A stretch of 64,000 nt of DNA. Source: an uncultured Planctomycetales bacterium (GTDB lineage Bacteria > Planctomycetota > UBA1135). Position 1 is the stretch's first letter, and each line of letters opens with the position of its first letter. Location of the stretch: contig CAYFOM010000011.1 of the NCBI GenBank assembly GCA_964344765.1, positions 42,951 through 106,950 on the forward strand. The letters run 5' to 3'. The position numbers and the translations under genes are program-made. A model generated the notes under the pieces. The model was not told the DNA's origin. It did no database searches and worked only from the letters and a program-made list of their open reading frames with translations. Shown here one piece after another: positions 29,090 to 37,532 of the stretch.

Positions 29090-30594
29090 TTCACTGCCTC
29101 CTCAAGCTCAATCCGATCGTCAAAGGGATGGCGCACGCCGTGGATCTCCTGATACGGCTCGTGCCCCTTGCCGGCGACTAGCAAGACGTCACCGGGTTCA
29201 AGTTGTGCAACTGCTTGTTGAATAGCCAAACGGCGATCCACTTGGCGGTGAATGCGAAGGGCTCCTGCGTCCATAGCGCCTTCTACAACCGCATCCAGAA
29301 TGGCGTCGGGATCTTCGCTGCGCGGGTTGTCGGAGGTGAGCATGCACCAGTCGGCGCCCTCGGCTGCCGCCCGCCCCATCGGCCCACGCTTGACTGGATC
29401 ACGATCACCGCCGGCACCACAGACTATGCCGATGCGCTGCTCCGGATAACTCTTGCGTAGCGCATGCAAAACGCGCTGCAAAGCTTCGGGCGTGTGGGCG
29501 TAGTCGACAAATAAATGCCACGGGGAATGCGGCGCAACGCGCTGCAGACGTCCCGGGGCGGCGTTGGCGGCACAGAGGCCATGCAGACTTTGCTCGATGG
29601 TTAGGCCGGATAAACGCAAGAGTCCAAATGCCAACAACATGTTCTCAGCGTTATGCCTGCCGATGAGTGAGCTGTGCAAAATGCCGCTGCCGAATACGCC
29701 TTGGATTTGCAGTTCCATGCCGTTGGCGGTGGCTTGGTAGCCGGCGGTGAGGTCGGCATCGGAGGTTAGGTCAACCGCCCACGAAAGCATTTTGGATTTT
29801 GCGCCTTTTACTGCATTCCAAATGCGCGAGTCGTCGGCAGGCAGTAACGCAGTGGCGTCCGGGTGCTCAAACAACAGTGCAGCTTTGGCGGCGGCGTAGC
29901 TTTCCAAATCGCCGTGGTAATCGAGGTGATCGTGACTGAGATTGGTCCACCCGATCGCGTCGACGCGCGCCCCTGCCAAACGCTGTTGATGAATGCCATG
30001 CGACGACGCTTCCAACGCCACCGCCTCGGCACCGCGAGCGCGAATGCTGCGCATCCAATCGTGCAATTGATCCGCCGATGGCGTGGTATTCAGCGAATCC
30101 GCCTCTTGCTGCTCAAACCGAAAACCCAAAGTACCGACGCGACCGGCAGCAACGTGGTTGTGATTCCATGCCTGCTCGAGCAGGTGCACGATGGTGCTTT
30201 TGCCATTGGTGCCGGTCACGGCGCTGAGGTGCATTGTGTTGCTGGGATGTCCGGCGAGCACGGCTGCGGCGCGACCGGCTACGGCGGCAACAATTGCATT
30301 GCGGTCAAGCCCGGGCCGCAGCAGCAGGTCGCGGGGAACTTCCAAACGCGGAAGACCGACATCAGCTTGGACGTCCTCTTCGGCGACCAGCCAAGCCACG
30401 GCGCCAGCCGCAATGGCCGCAGGAAGGAACTCCGCTCCATGACTCAGACTGCCCGACAACGCGCAATACAAATCACCCGGACGCACGCGACGCGAATCAA
30501 AGCATGCGCGCCCGACCTCCACGTCGTCGCCGGCATCATGGGCCAGGCGAACTTGTGGGGCCAAGTGTTGCGCCAGGGAGGAAAGTAGCATCAA
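29077..30594 (-). CDS. murE: UDP-MurNAc-L-Ala-D-Glu--2,6-diaminopimelate ligase
   Basis: VTGTNGKSTIVHL P-loop and the DNPRSEDP motif characteristic of MurE. Confidence 0.9.
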   Translation of the reverse strand: MMLLSSLAQHLAPQVRLAHDAGDDVEVGRACFDSRRVRPGDLYCALSGSLSHGAEFLPAAIAAGAVAWLVAEEDVQADVGLPRLEVPRDLLLRPGLDRNAIVAAVAGRAAAVLAGHPSNTMHLSAVTGTNGKSTIVHLLEQAWNHNHVAAGRVGTLGFRFEQQEADSLNTTPSADQLHDWMRSIRARGAEAVALEASSHGIHQQRLAGARVDAIGWTNLSHDHLDYHGDLESYAAAKAALLFEHPDATALLPADDSRIWNAVKGAKSKMLSWAVDLTSDADLTAGYQATANGMELQIQGVFGSGILHSSLIGRHNAENMLLAFGLLRLSGLTIEQSLHGLCAANAAPGRLQRVAPHSPWHLFVDYAHTPEALQRVLHALRKSYPEQRIGIVCGAGGDRDPVKRGPMGRAAAEGADWCMLTSDNPRSEDPDAILDAVVEGAMDAGALRIHRQVDRRLAIQQAVAQLEPGDVLLVAGKGHEPYQEIHGVRHPFDDRIELEEAVKCCS

Positions 30595-32444
30595 CGAACT
30601 TCCTTCAGTCTTGGGTTCAAGTTAGCGTTTGAGCTGGCTGAATCCAAGCGCGAAGCCTCTGCTTTGGGCAGAAGTCCACGAGTTCGCAATGCGTGCTCCA
30701 ATATTTTTCCAGCGAGCGGCCCAGATAGCCGGGTTCCCGAGATGCGGCCTTTGACATCCGGCCATTGGACGATGACCAAAACGACGATTTCCGGATCCGG
30801 AATCGGTCCGAAAGCTGCGAAGGCACAGGTATTGAGGTGGGGCTTGGTTTCGTGGCGCGCCGTGCCACTTTTTCCGCCCCAGCGCACGCCTTCAATCTCC
30901 GGCAACGGGCTGCCGATGCGGCGTTCCACCATCTTCTCCAGAGCGTCCACTATGAAGTCCGAAGTTTCCTCGCTGATCGGTCGTTCCACCCCTACCCGCT
31001 TGGCGTCTCGTTCTGCCGCTTGTTCCGTGGTTGCGTCTTGCTGATCCATCAGCAGATAGGGTTCGATGCGATGACCGCCGTTGATCAGCGATGCAAAACA
31101 TGCGGCATAGCGAATTGGGTTAACCATAAACTCATGGCCGAAAGACGAGCTCGCCAATGTGTAAGGAATGGCTTGGCGGTTGGTCCAGTTTTTCTCGGGC
31201 GGCCCGTGGTAAGTGTTCATTGGGCGTTGACCCAAATAAAGCGGATCCCATAAACCAAACTTAGCCTGCATATCACGAAAGCGTTCGATGCCGGTGCGCA
31301 ACCCAATCAGCACTGAAACGACGTTCGAGGAATGAATCAAACATTCAGCCGCAGTCTTGGGCCCGTATTTCACCCCATCTGCATTTTCAATAATCTCGCG
31401 GCGCCCCTTTACCTTCAAAGTATTGCGGTCTTCAAAAACTTCCGAACGGCTGACGATCCCCTGCTCAATGGCATAGGCAATCAAAAACGGCTTAAATGTG
31501 GATCCAGGCACCACTGGGTTATCAATAGTCAACGCAAAAGTAGATCGTATGCCGCTGTTGTCCAATAAATCGTCATTGATGATCGGATCGCGAGGATCGT
31601 AATCGGGCAAACCAATCAAAGTCAGCAGCTCGCCGGTGTTGGCATCCAACACCACCGCTCCGCACCACTCCGCCTTGAGCTCCACCATCGCCTCATCCAG
31701 AATTTCGCGAGTGGCGGTTCCCAAATCCGCGTCCAAAGTCAAGCGCAAATCGCCACCTTGCTCAGGCTTCTCCAATCCCTTCGCCGGATTCACGCCAAAA
31801 GCTCCGGTCACCATTTGGCTGCCTTTGCTTCCTTCGGTTCCGGTTAGGTGCTCATCGAATTTAACCTCCAGACCGCTCGCACCAGAACGCTTTTCATCTT
31901 GAGCCGTCACGATGCCCAGCAAAGATCCAAAGGTACGACCCAGCGGATATTCACGTTCCACCATCGGCACTAGCTGCAAACCAGTGCTGCGGTACTTACG
32001 CAGGAATGCACGTAATTCCTGACCCTCAAACGGTGTCAGTCCACGGCGCAATAGCGTATAGCCGACCTCTTTGCTTAGCAGCGTCTCGGCCATTTTCTGA
32101 ACCGGCACCTGACAGCGCTCGGCGATCTCCGCGATCTCGGCGGCGATGTCGTCGTCGGTCAGACCCTTGGGACGGTTATTCGGGTGGTAACGTCGATCCT
32201 CCCACACCGAAGTCATCATCAACCAGAACGCCGGCCGGTCGTGAGCCAACGACTTACCGTTGCGATCCACGATGGAACCGCGCATCGCCGGAAGCTCGAC
32301 CTTGTTGTGCAAATACTCCGATACGCCATTGACCACCTCATCCGGCGCGGCGTGCAACTGCACAACGCGACCGAGGATCGCCAAGTACAACATTCCCAGC
32401 GGGGCCAGGATGAAGAACGGGCGCATCGGGCTTAGGCGCGACAT
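30591..32444 (-). CDS. ftsI: Class B penicillin-binding protein (FtsI-type transpeptidase)
   Basis: N-terminal TM helix and PBP dimerisation region. Transpeptidase motifs GSTFKP (SxxK), HSSN (SxN) and GKSGTA (KxG). Confidence 0.85.
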   Translation of the reverse strand: MSRLSPMRPFFILAPLGMLYLAILGRVVQLHAAPDEVVNGVSEYLHNKVELPAMRGSIVDRNGKSLAHDRPAFWLMMTSVWEDRRYHPNNRPKGLTDDDIAAEIAEIAERCQVPVQKMAETLLSKEVGYTLLRRGLTPFEGQELRAFLRKYRSTGLQLVPMVEREYPLGRTFGSLLGIVTAQDEKRSGASGLEVKFDEHLTGTEGSKGSQMVTGAFGVNPAKGLEKPEQGGDLRLTLDADLGTATREILDEAMVELKAEWCGAVVLDANTGELLTLIGLPDYDPRDPIINDDLLDNSGIRSTFALTIDNPVVPGSTFKPFLIAYAIEQGIVSRSEVFEDRNTLKVKGRREIIENADGVKYGPKTAAECLIHSSNVVSVLIGLRTGIERFRDMQAKFGLWDPLYLGQRPMNTYHGPPEKNWTNRQAIPYTLASSSFGHEFMVNPIRYAACFASLINGGHRIEPYLLMDQQDATTEQAAERDAKRVGVERPISEETSDFIVDALEKMVERRIGSPLPEIEGVRWGGKSGTARHETKPHLNTCAFAAFGPIPDPEIVVLVIVQWPDVKGRISGTRLSGPLAGKILEHALRTRGLLPKAEASRLDSASSNANLNPRLKEVR

Positions 32445-32719
32445 TAGAGTTCGGGAAGCTGTTCGACTTCGGCCAACTCTTTCATGTATTCCAATCGGGC
32501 GCGCAGCGCGTCGGGGGAGGTGAGCAGCCGGTACAAGTGCTGATAATGAGCTTTGTGTTGCTCATATTCCAGATAGTTCCGGTTGTATTGCTCGGTCCGA
32601 CTTCGGGAAGCCAGTGCCTCGTTGCGCAAACCCAGCCCGGCCAGTAGTTCACACAAGGTCAACAGGACCAGGCCAGCGATGCGTCCGGTCACTTCGCTTC
32701 CTCCGCACGCTGAATGCAA
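32444..32719 (-). CDS. Small bitopic membrane/coiled-coil protein in the FtsL position
   Basis: 91 aa with one TM helix (IAGLVLLTLCELLAGLGL) followed by a helical segment. It lies between rsmH and ftsI, and its TAA shares one base with the ftsI ATG (TAATG). The call is by position and architecture only. Confidence 0.4.
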   Translation of the reverse strand: MHSACGGSEVTGRIAGLVLLTLCELLAGLGLRNEALASRSRTEQYNRNYLEYEQHKAHYQHLYRLLTSPDALRARLEYMKELAEVEQLPEL

Positions 32720-33633
32720 CGGAGGCGCGCGCTACGGGCGCGAGGATTGCGTCGCTGCTCGGCGCGATCGGCCACCACCCCCCGTGGCAGCAGATCGGTG
32801 TATTCGCCGCTACGCACCTCGTTGCGGAGTACGACCTTGGCGCGCCGGTCTTCCAACGAATGGAACGAGATCACCGCCAGGCGCCCCCCCGGCGCCAAAA
32901 TACGCGGTGCCCCCTCAAGGAAAGCGTCGATCTCGTCCAGTTCGCGGTTGACGGCAATGCGCAACGCTTGGAAGGTGCGCGTCGCCGGATGGTGGCCACG
33001 ACGGCCACCGGGCACGGTGCGCTCGACCAAATCGGCGAGCTGCAAAGTGCGGAGCAAGGGTCCAAAGCGTCGCTGCTGCACGATGGCGTGGGCAATGCGA
33101 CGCGAGAAACGCTCTTCGCCGTATTCACGCAGCCACATTTCCAGCTGGTCTTCACTGGCATTGGCCAGCAAAACCGCAGCACTGGTTTTCTGCTTGTGGC
33201 TGTCCATGCGCATATCCAACGGCCCATCCTGTTGGAAGGAGAAACCGCGGTCGGCTTCATCGAGCTGATCGGACGACACGCCGAAATCGGCAAGAATGCC
33301 GTCGACGCGACCGTGTAGCTCGACCGGCACGCATTGAAGGATCGAAGAAAAGGGTGCATGCACAAAGTGCACGCGGTCCGAATAGGCAGCCAGGCGCTGA
33401 CGGCTGCGGTGCAACGCGTCGGCATCACGATCGATGGCGATCAAGCGCAAATCGGCAGGACCCGCTTTCAACAATGCCTCGGCGTGGCCCCCTCCGCCCA
33501 CCGTGGCATCTACGTAAATCCCTCCGCGCTGCGGATTCAACGCCTGGATGACCTGGTCCAGCAGCACCGGAAGGTGCGTTGTGGGCCCGGTTGGACGAGT
33601 TGGTTTGTCGAAGTTACGGCACAAAAGGATCAC
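32689..33633 (-). CDS. rsmH: 16S rRNA (cytosine1402-N4)-methyltransferase
   Basis: GGIYVDATVGGGGHAEALL SAM motif and ISFHSLEDR motif. 4-nt overlap with mraZ. Confidence 0.9.
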   Translation of the reverse strand: MILLCRNFDKPTRPTGPTTHLPVLLDQVIQALNPQRGGIYVDATVGGGGHAEALLKAGPADLRLIAIDRDADALHRSRQRLAAYSDRVHFVHAPFSSILQCVPVELHGRVDGILADFGVSSDQLDEADRGFSFQQDGPLDMRMDSHKQKTSAAVLLANASEDQLEMWLREYGEERFSRRIAHAIVQQRRFGPLLRTLQLADLVERTVPGGRRGHHPATRTFQALRIAVNRELDEIDAFLEGAPRILAPGGRLAVISFHSLEDRRAKVVLRNEVRSGEYTDLLPRGVVADRAEQRRNPRARSARLRCIQRAEEAK

Positions 33634-34109
33634 CTGCTGTCTCCGTCGTCCATGGCCGAACCATCCAGAAACTGTTCGGCCTGCTTGAGATAAGTTTGCT
33701 CGGCCTCTGGCGCGGCCTCGCCTTCGTAGCGTGCGGAGTCCCAGATTTCGATGTGATCGATGGCGCCGACCACGATCGCGTTTTTGGAAATTCCAACGCG
33801 TTTACGCAACCCTTCGGGGAGGAGCAGGCGGCCCTGGGCGTCCAGGTTTTGTTCCAGCGAAAGAGCGCCGATCCCCCTCATCACGGCGCGGAATTCCGGC
33901 TTGCCGAAAGCCGCCCTCTTCAGACCCGCTAGGTGGTCGCGAAAACCTTCGCGGGTGAACAAGTAGAGGCAGCCGTCCAAACCCAGCGTGACCACAAAGC
34001 GGATGCGGGTGACGTCTTCCTCGTCCATGCCGGCCAGCAAACGCTTGGGGACGAACACTCGACCTTTTTGGTCGACTTTGTGTTCGAACTCGCCGGTAAA
34101 CAGGTGCAT
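33630..34109 (-). CDS. mraZ: Transcriptional regulator MraZ
   Basis: Two SpoVT/AbrB-like repeats with the DxxGR motif (KVDQKGRVFVPKRL; NLDAQGRLLLPEGL). First gene of the dcw cluster. Confidence 0.9.
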   Translation of the reverse strand: MHLFTGEFEHKVDQKGRVFVPKRLLAGMDEEDVTRIRFVVTLGLDGCLYLFTREGFRDHLAGLKRAAFGKPEFRAVMRGIGALSLEQNLDAQGRLLLPEGLRKRVGISKNAIVVGAIDHIEIWDSARYEGEAAPEAEQTYLKQAEQFLDGSAMDDGDSR

Positions 34110-34132
34110 GGAGACTTTTCAGGGAGTGACTG

Positions 34133-34184
34133 ATCCACCACGATCCGCCATTTTCCCCCACAAACCTATTCTGTCGCCCCACCA
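34133..34184 (-). promoter_or_regulatory. Candidate MraZ operator: four direct TGG(T/C)GG / TGTGGG repeats upstream of mraZ
   Basis: The minus strand reads TGGTGGGG (34184-34177), TGTGGGGG (34162-34155), TGGCGG (34150-34145) and TGGTGGAT (34140-34133). Spacings are 22, 12 and 10 nt. The last repeat ends 23 nt before the mraZ ATG. Confidence 0.45.
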
Positions 34185-34288
34185 GAAATGCGCAACTAAA
34201 AAACGGCCCTTTTGGGCAGTTTTTCCGAATTTCTCTGGAATTCTCCGCTGGGGCCCGATTCAGCCAATCAGCGAAACCCGACGGCGAC

Positions 34289-34825
34289 CTAGGCGCCTTC
34301 TACTTCCTTGGGTTCACTCAACAGATCCGTCAACGCGCCTTCGGCGGTCGGATCCATTAACTCGCCCAGCGCGGCGGTGAGCTTGCGGCGACGCTCTTCT
34401 TCGAGCTCGCGCGTCTGCACCTCGTAGACCGTTTGGGTGCGCGGCTTGCGCAGCTGCAGAAACTCCTTAGTGCCGCGACTGCGAACGCCGACCAACTTCA
34501 ACTTGCGATGGCGAACCAACAGCAAGCCGAGCAAAAACCGCAGATCAAGCGGCGCGTCGCCATCTTTCTTCTCCAGCGTTTGGAACAAGGCAAGAATGGC
34601 ATCAAAGTCGAGCTTCAGGCCGCCTTTGGCTTCGGCGTGCGTGGTGCGCCACCAAACCAAGTCGGCGCTTTCTTCGCGGCGGTCGAAACAACCGCTGCAA
34701 AGGTCGCCGCGTTGCAATTCATCGGCTTCGATTTGCAGCAGAGAAAACACCGTTTCCCCCACCGTGAATTCGGAGCCGCAATTCACGCAAAGCCCCTGAC
34801 GTCGATGAAACTTCCAATCGGCCAT
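34289..34825 (-). CDS. Hypothetical protein with an N-terminal CxxC...CxxC zinc-ribbon-like motif
   Basis: GLCVNCGSEF...GDLCSGCFDRRE. 178 aa. 2-nt gap after the upstream lipoprotein gene. Confidence 0.5.
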   Translation of the reverse strand: MADWKFHRRQGLCVNCGSEFTVGETVFSLLQIEADELQRGDLCSGCFDRREESADLVWWRTTHAEAKGGLKLDFDAILALFQTLEKKDGDAPLDLRFLLGLLLVRHRKLKLVGVRSRGTKEFLQLRKPRTQTVYEVQTRELEEERRRKLTAALGELMDPTAEGALTDLLSEPKEVEGA

Positions 34826-34827
34826 CG

Positions 34828-35346
34828 CTACTTGTCCATTCCTTCACGCCATGGCTTGCGCCGATAAAAATCATCCGACGGCCCCGGCGTGGTCACCCGC
34901 GCCAAGAAATGATGCAGCAAGGTTCGCGCGCGCTGCTCATCATCGCCGACCGACTCCCACTTGGCATGGTCTTCGTCGAGAGGCTTGTGCACCTCTTTGT
35001 TGATCTGCACGCGCACGCGCGAACTGACTCGGTAAACGCCGACGGCATCCATCGGCTCGATTTCCAGCATGCCCTGGTAACGCCGCCCATACGACGAAAA
35101 CGGCTGCATGTTCTCGAACCAACCCGAAGTCACTCGGGCACCTGCGTCATCGCGATCGCCGGGTGGATACTTGGCTTTCAGCAGCGCCCACTCACACTCG
35201 GACAGCAGGTCGCGAATCGGTGGAGCGTCGTCGATGATCTCGTGCACCCACAGCTCTTCTTCCTCGACGGAAAACAGGCTGCACGAACCGGTCATTCCGG
35301 TCAGGCAAAGCAGTGCGACTATCCAGAGAAATCCACGGCGCAGCAT
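34828..35346 (-). CDS. Putative lipoprotein (172 aa), function unknown
   Basis: Signal peptide ending LTGMTGSC (lipobox-like). Preceded by TGcTAGAAT-N6-ATG. Confidence 0.5.
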   Translation of the reverse strand: MLRRGFLWIVALLCLTGMTGSCSLFSVEEEELWVHEIIDDAPPIRDLLSECEWALLKAKYPPGDRDDAGARVTSGWFENMQPFSSYGRRYQGMLEIEPMDAVGVYRVSSRVRVQINKEVHKPLDEDHAKWESVGDDEQRARTLLHHFLARVTTPGPSDDFYRRKPWREGMDK

Positions 35347-35352
35347 CGGCGT

Positions 35353-35358
35353 ATTCTA
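35353..35358 (-). promoter_or_regulatory. Candidate extended -10 box (TGc)TAGAAT 6 nt upstream of the ATG at 35346
   Basis: The minus strand reads TTGC TAGAAT ACGCCG ATG. Confidence 0.4.
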
Positions 35359-35391
35359 GCAATCAGGGTTGAGGGGCTCCCGACTCGGCGG

Positions 35392-36741
35392 TTAAGCCTT
35401 TTTGTTGGGACTGCGCTTGCGCGCCCGCAGCACTAAGCGGATGGGCACGTGGCGGTAACCGAGGGATTTTCGCATTTCCCGCGAAATCGCCCGCATCACT
35501 TCTTTTTCGAACAGCTGAGTGCGATTGACGAACAGCAGGAAGGTCGGCGGATGAGTTTTGAGTTGGGTCGCGTAGTAGGCGCGCGGCTTTTCACTGCGAC
35601 CGCGGAAGCGCAGGCGATCGAAGGTGCGCTGCACCGCTCGATTCAGCTCGCCGGTGCCGACGCGCTTGCCGGCTTCCCCGTGCAAGCGGAACGCCGCTTT
35701 CATCACCCGGTCCAAGCCCCTGCCGGTGACGTTGGAAACCGTCACGATTGGCGCACCGCGCAGGTGTGGAAAACGATGCTCGACGCGGCCGCGGAAGTCG
35801 TCGAGGTCTAGATCCGGCACCAAGTCGGACTTGGTTCCCACGATAACCACTGGTTTGTAGCGGTCCATGATGGTGCGCCCTAGCTCTTGGTCCAGACGCG
35901 CCATCGACTCGGTCAAGTCGAGGAACAAGAACGCGATGTCGGCGCTGCGAATGGCCTGATCACTGCGCGTCAGCGAAAAGAACTCAATCGCATTCGCCAA
36001 TTTCCCGCGCCGGTGAATGCCGGCGGTGTCGACCATGGTCAGTGGCTTGCCTTGCCATTCAAAGTCAACTTCCACCGCGTCGCGGGTGGTGCCGGCGATG
36101 TCACTGACAATCACTCGCTGCTCGCCCAACATCGCATTCACGAACGACGACTTGCCGGTGTTGCGTCGCCCCAAAATGGCAAATCGCAATCGCTCCTCAC
36201 GCGACGGTTCGACGTCGACCGGCGGCAGCAGTTCGGACAGGGCGTGATAAAGGTCGTCCATCCCACGACCCTCTTGCGCCGACAGCGGACGCACTTCGCC
36301 AAGCTGCAACTTTTCAAATTCGCCCAAATTCAGCGACGCCGCATGACCTTCGGCTTTGTTTGCGAACAACAAAATCTTGTGGCCGCCTTTGCGCAGCAAG
36401 CGCGCTACTTGTTCATCGAGCAAGGTGCAGCCTTCGCGCGCGTCAACCAAAAACAACACCACCTCGGCGCTGTGCAAACCGGTCAACACTTGATACTCAA
36501 TCGAATCGGCAAGATTGGTGTTATCGACAATGCCGATGCCGCCGGTATCCATCAAATCAAAACCTAGATCAAACTCTTCGATGCTGACCGGCCGCACCAA
36601 TCGATCGCGAGTCACACCGGCAGTAGGTTCCACAATCGCGGTGCGTTGACCGACGATGCGATTAAACAACGAAGACTTGCCGACGTTGGGCCGGCCGACA
36701 ATCGCCACCATCGGGCGTTGGTTAGAAGCGGAATCATGCAT
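35392..36741 (-). CDS. der: Ribosome-associated GTPase Der/EngA
   Basis: Two tandem G domains (VAIVGRPNVGKSSLFN; FAILGRRNTGKSSFVN) plus a C-terminal KH-like domain. The start was chosen at MHDSAS (ATG at 36741), which shares one base with the queE TGA. The ORF-track start at 36939 would lie inside queE. Confidence 0.9.
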   Translation of the reverse strand: MHDSASNQRPMVAIVGRPNVGKSSLFNRIVGQRTAIVEPTAGVTRDRLVRPVSIEEFDLGFDLMDTGGIGIVDNTNLADSIEYQVLTGLHSAEVVLFLVDAREGCTLLDEQVARLLRKGGHKILLFANKAEGHAASLNLGEFEKLQLGEVRPLSAQEGRGMDDLYHALSELLPPVDVEPSREERLRFAILGRRNTGKSSFVNAMLGEQRVIVSDIAGTTRDAVEVDFEWQGKPLTMVDTAGIHRRGKLANAIEFFSLTRSDQAIRSADIAFLFLDLTESMARLDQELGRTIMDRYKPVVIVGTKSDLVPDLDLDDFRGRVEHRFPHLRGAPIVTVSNVTGRGLDRVMKAAFRLHGEAGKRVGTGELNRAVQRTFDRLRFRGRSEKPRAYYATQLKTHPPTFLLFVNRTQLFEKEVMRAISREMRKSLGYRHVPIRLVLRARKRSPNKKA

Positions 36742-37532
36742 CAGAGCACACCCAAGAATGGGTGGATTTGAGGAAGAACTCGCAAGTCCAAGTTCAGACG
36801 ACTGCCTTGGATGAGTTCTGCAAGTAAGGTCGATGCCGACGGCGCATGCACGTCGGTCGAACCTGGGGTCACCGGTTGCAAGTAGACCTCGCAACCCGGC
36901 GCCAGTTCGGCGATTTGCTGCAATTGTTTTTGCAGCCACGCCGATTCAGTGTTTTGTTGCACCACGAATTTGACCCAATATTGCAGGGCTTGCTCGGGCG
37001 CTAAAGAACGATTGCGGCGCTGCGCTTCGGCCGCGGTGAACTGCAAGCATTGCTGGCGTTGCAACAAAGACTCACCGGCATCCAAGGCGGCCTCATCTTT
37101 CCAATCCAGCGAAACCAAATCTAAGCAAGGCAGCAGTTGTTGAAGCTTGTCGGCGTAAATGCCCGACGTTTCCAACAGCGTTCTACCAGACCAAGTCGGC
37201 AACCATTGCTCCAGAAACGAAGCTTGAGTCAACGGCTCGCCGCCGGTTACCGACAACACGACATCCGTCGCATCTACGCCGAAGCCCGCAGCCAACTGAT
37301 GCAACTCGCGATCAAGCTGCTCCATCGACCATGGATTGGCGCACTCGCGGGCGCCGTCGGCATGGTGAACCTCGGCGGTCGCCGTGCGCTTCCAAGACCT
37401 TGGCGTGTCGCAGTAGGTACAGCGCAACGGGCATCCAGCCAACCGCAGAAACAAATGCGGCTTGCCGACCTGGCCGGCTTCCCCTTGAATGCTCAGGAAA
37501 AGCTCGTCAAGGTAGACGACCGGAAGGCTCAG
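36741..37532 (-). CDS. queE: 7-carboxy-7-deazaguanine synthase (radical SAM); probable non-canonical CTG start
   Basis: LAGCPLRCTYCDT radical-SAM cluster. The conserved N-terminal E-L-F-x-S-I-Q-G-E motif is encoded at 37505-37479, upstream of the first TTG/ATG/GTG (37454). The only in-frame candidates are CTG at 37532, CTG at 37496 and ATT at 37490. Confidence 0.75.
   Translation of the reverse strand: MSLPVVYLDELFLSIQGEAGQVGKPHLFLRLAGCPLRCTYCDTPRSWKRTATAEVHHADGARECANPWSMEQLDRELHQLAAGFGVDATDVVLSVTGGEPLTQASFLEQWLPTWSGRTLLETSGIYADKLQQLLPCLDLVSLDWKDEAALDAGESLLQRQQCLQFTAAEAQRRNRSLAPEQALQYWVKFVVQQNTESAWLQKQLQQIAELAPGCEVYLQPVTPGSTDVHAPSASTLLAELIQGSRLNLDLRVLPQIHPFLGVL

Noticed and set aside
36742-36939. 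N-terminal 66-aa extension of the der ORF (ORF-track start at 36939)
   Set aside because: The extension overlaps the queE coding region and is Arg/Gly-rich with no Der homology. The ATG at 36741 (MHDSAS..., 11 residues before the first GxxxxGKS P-loop) gives a TGATG junction with the queE stop.
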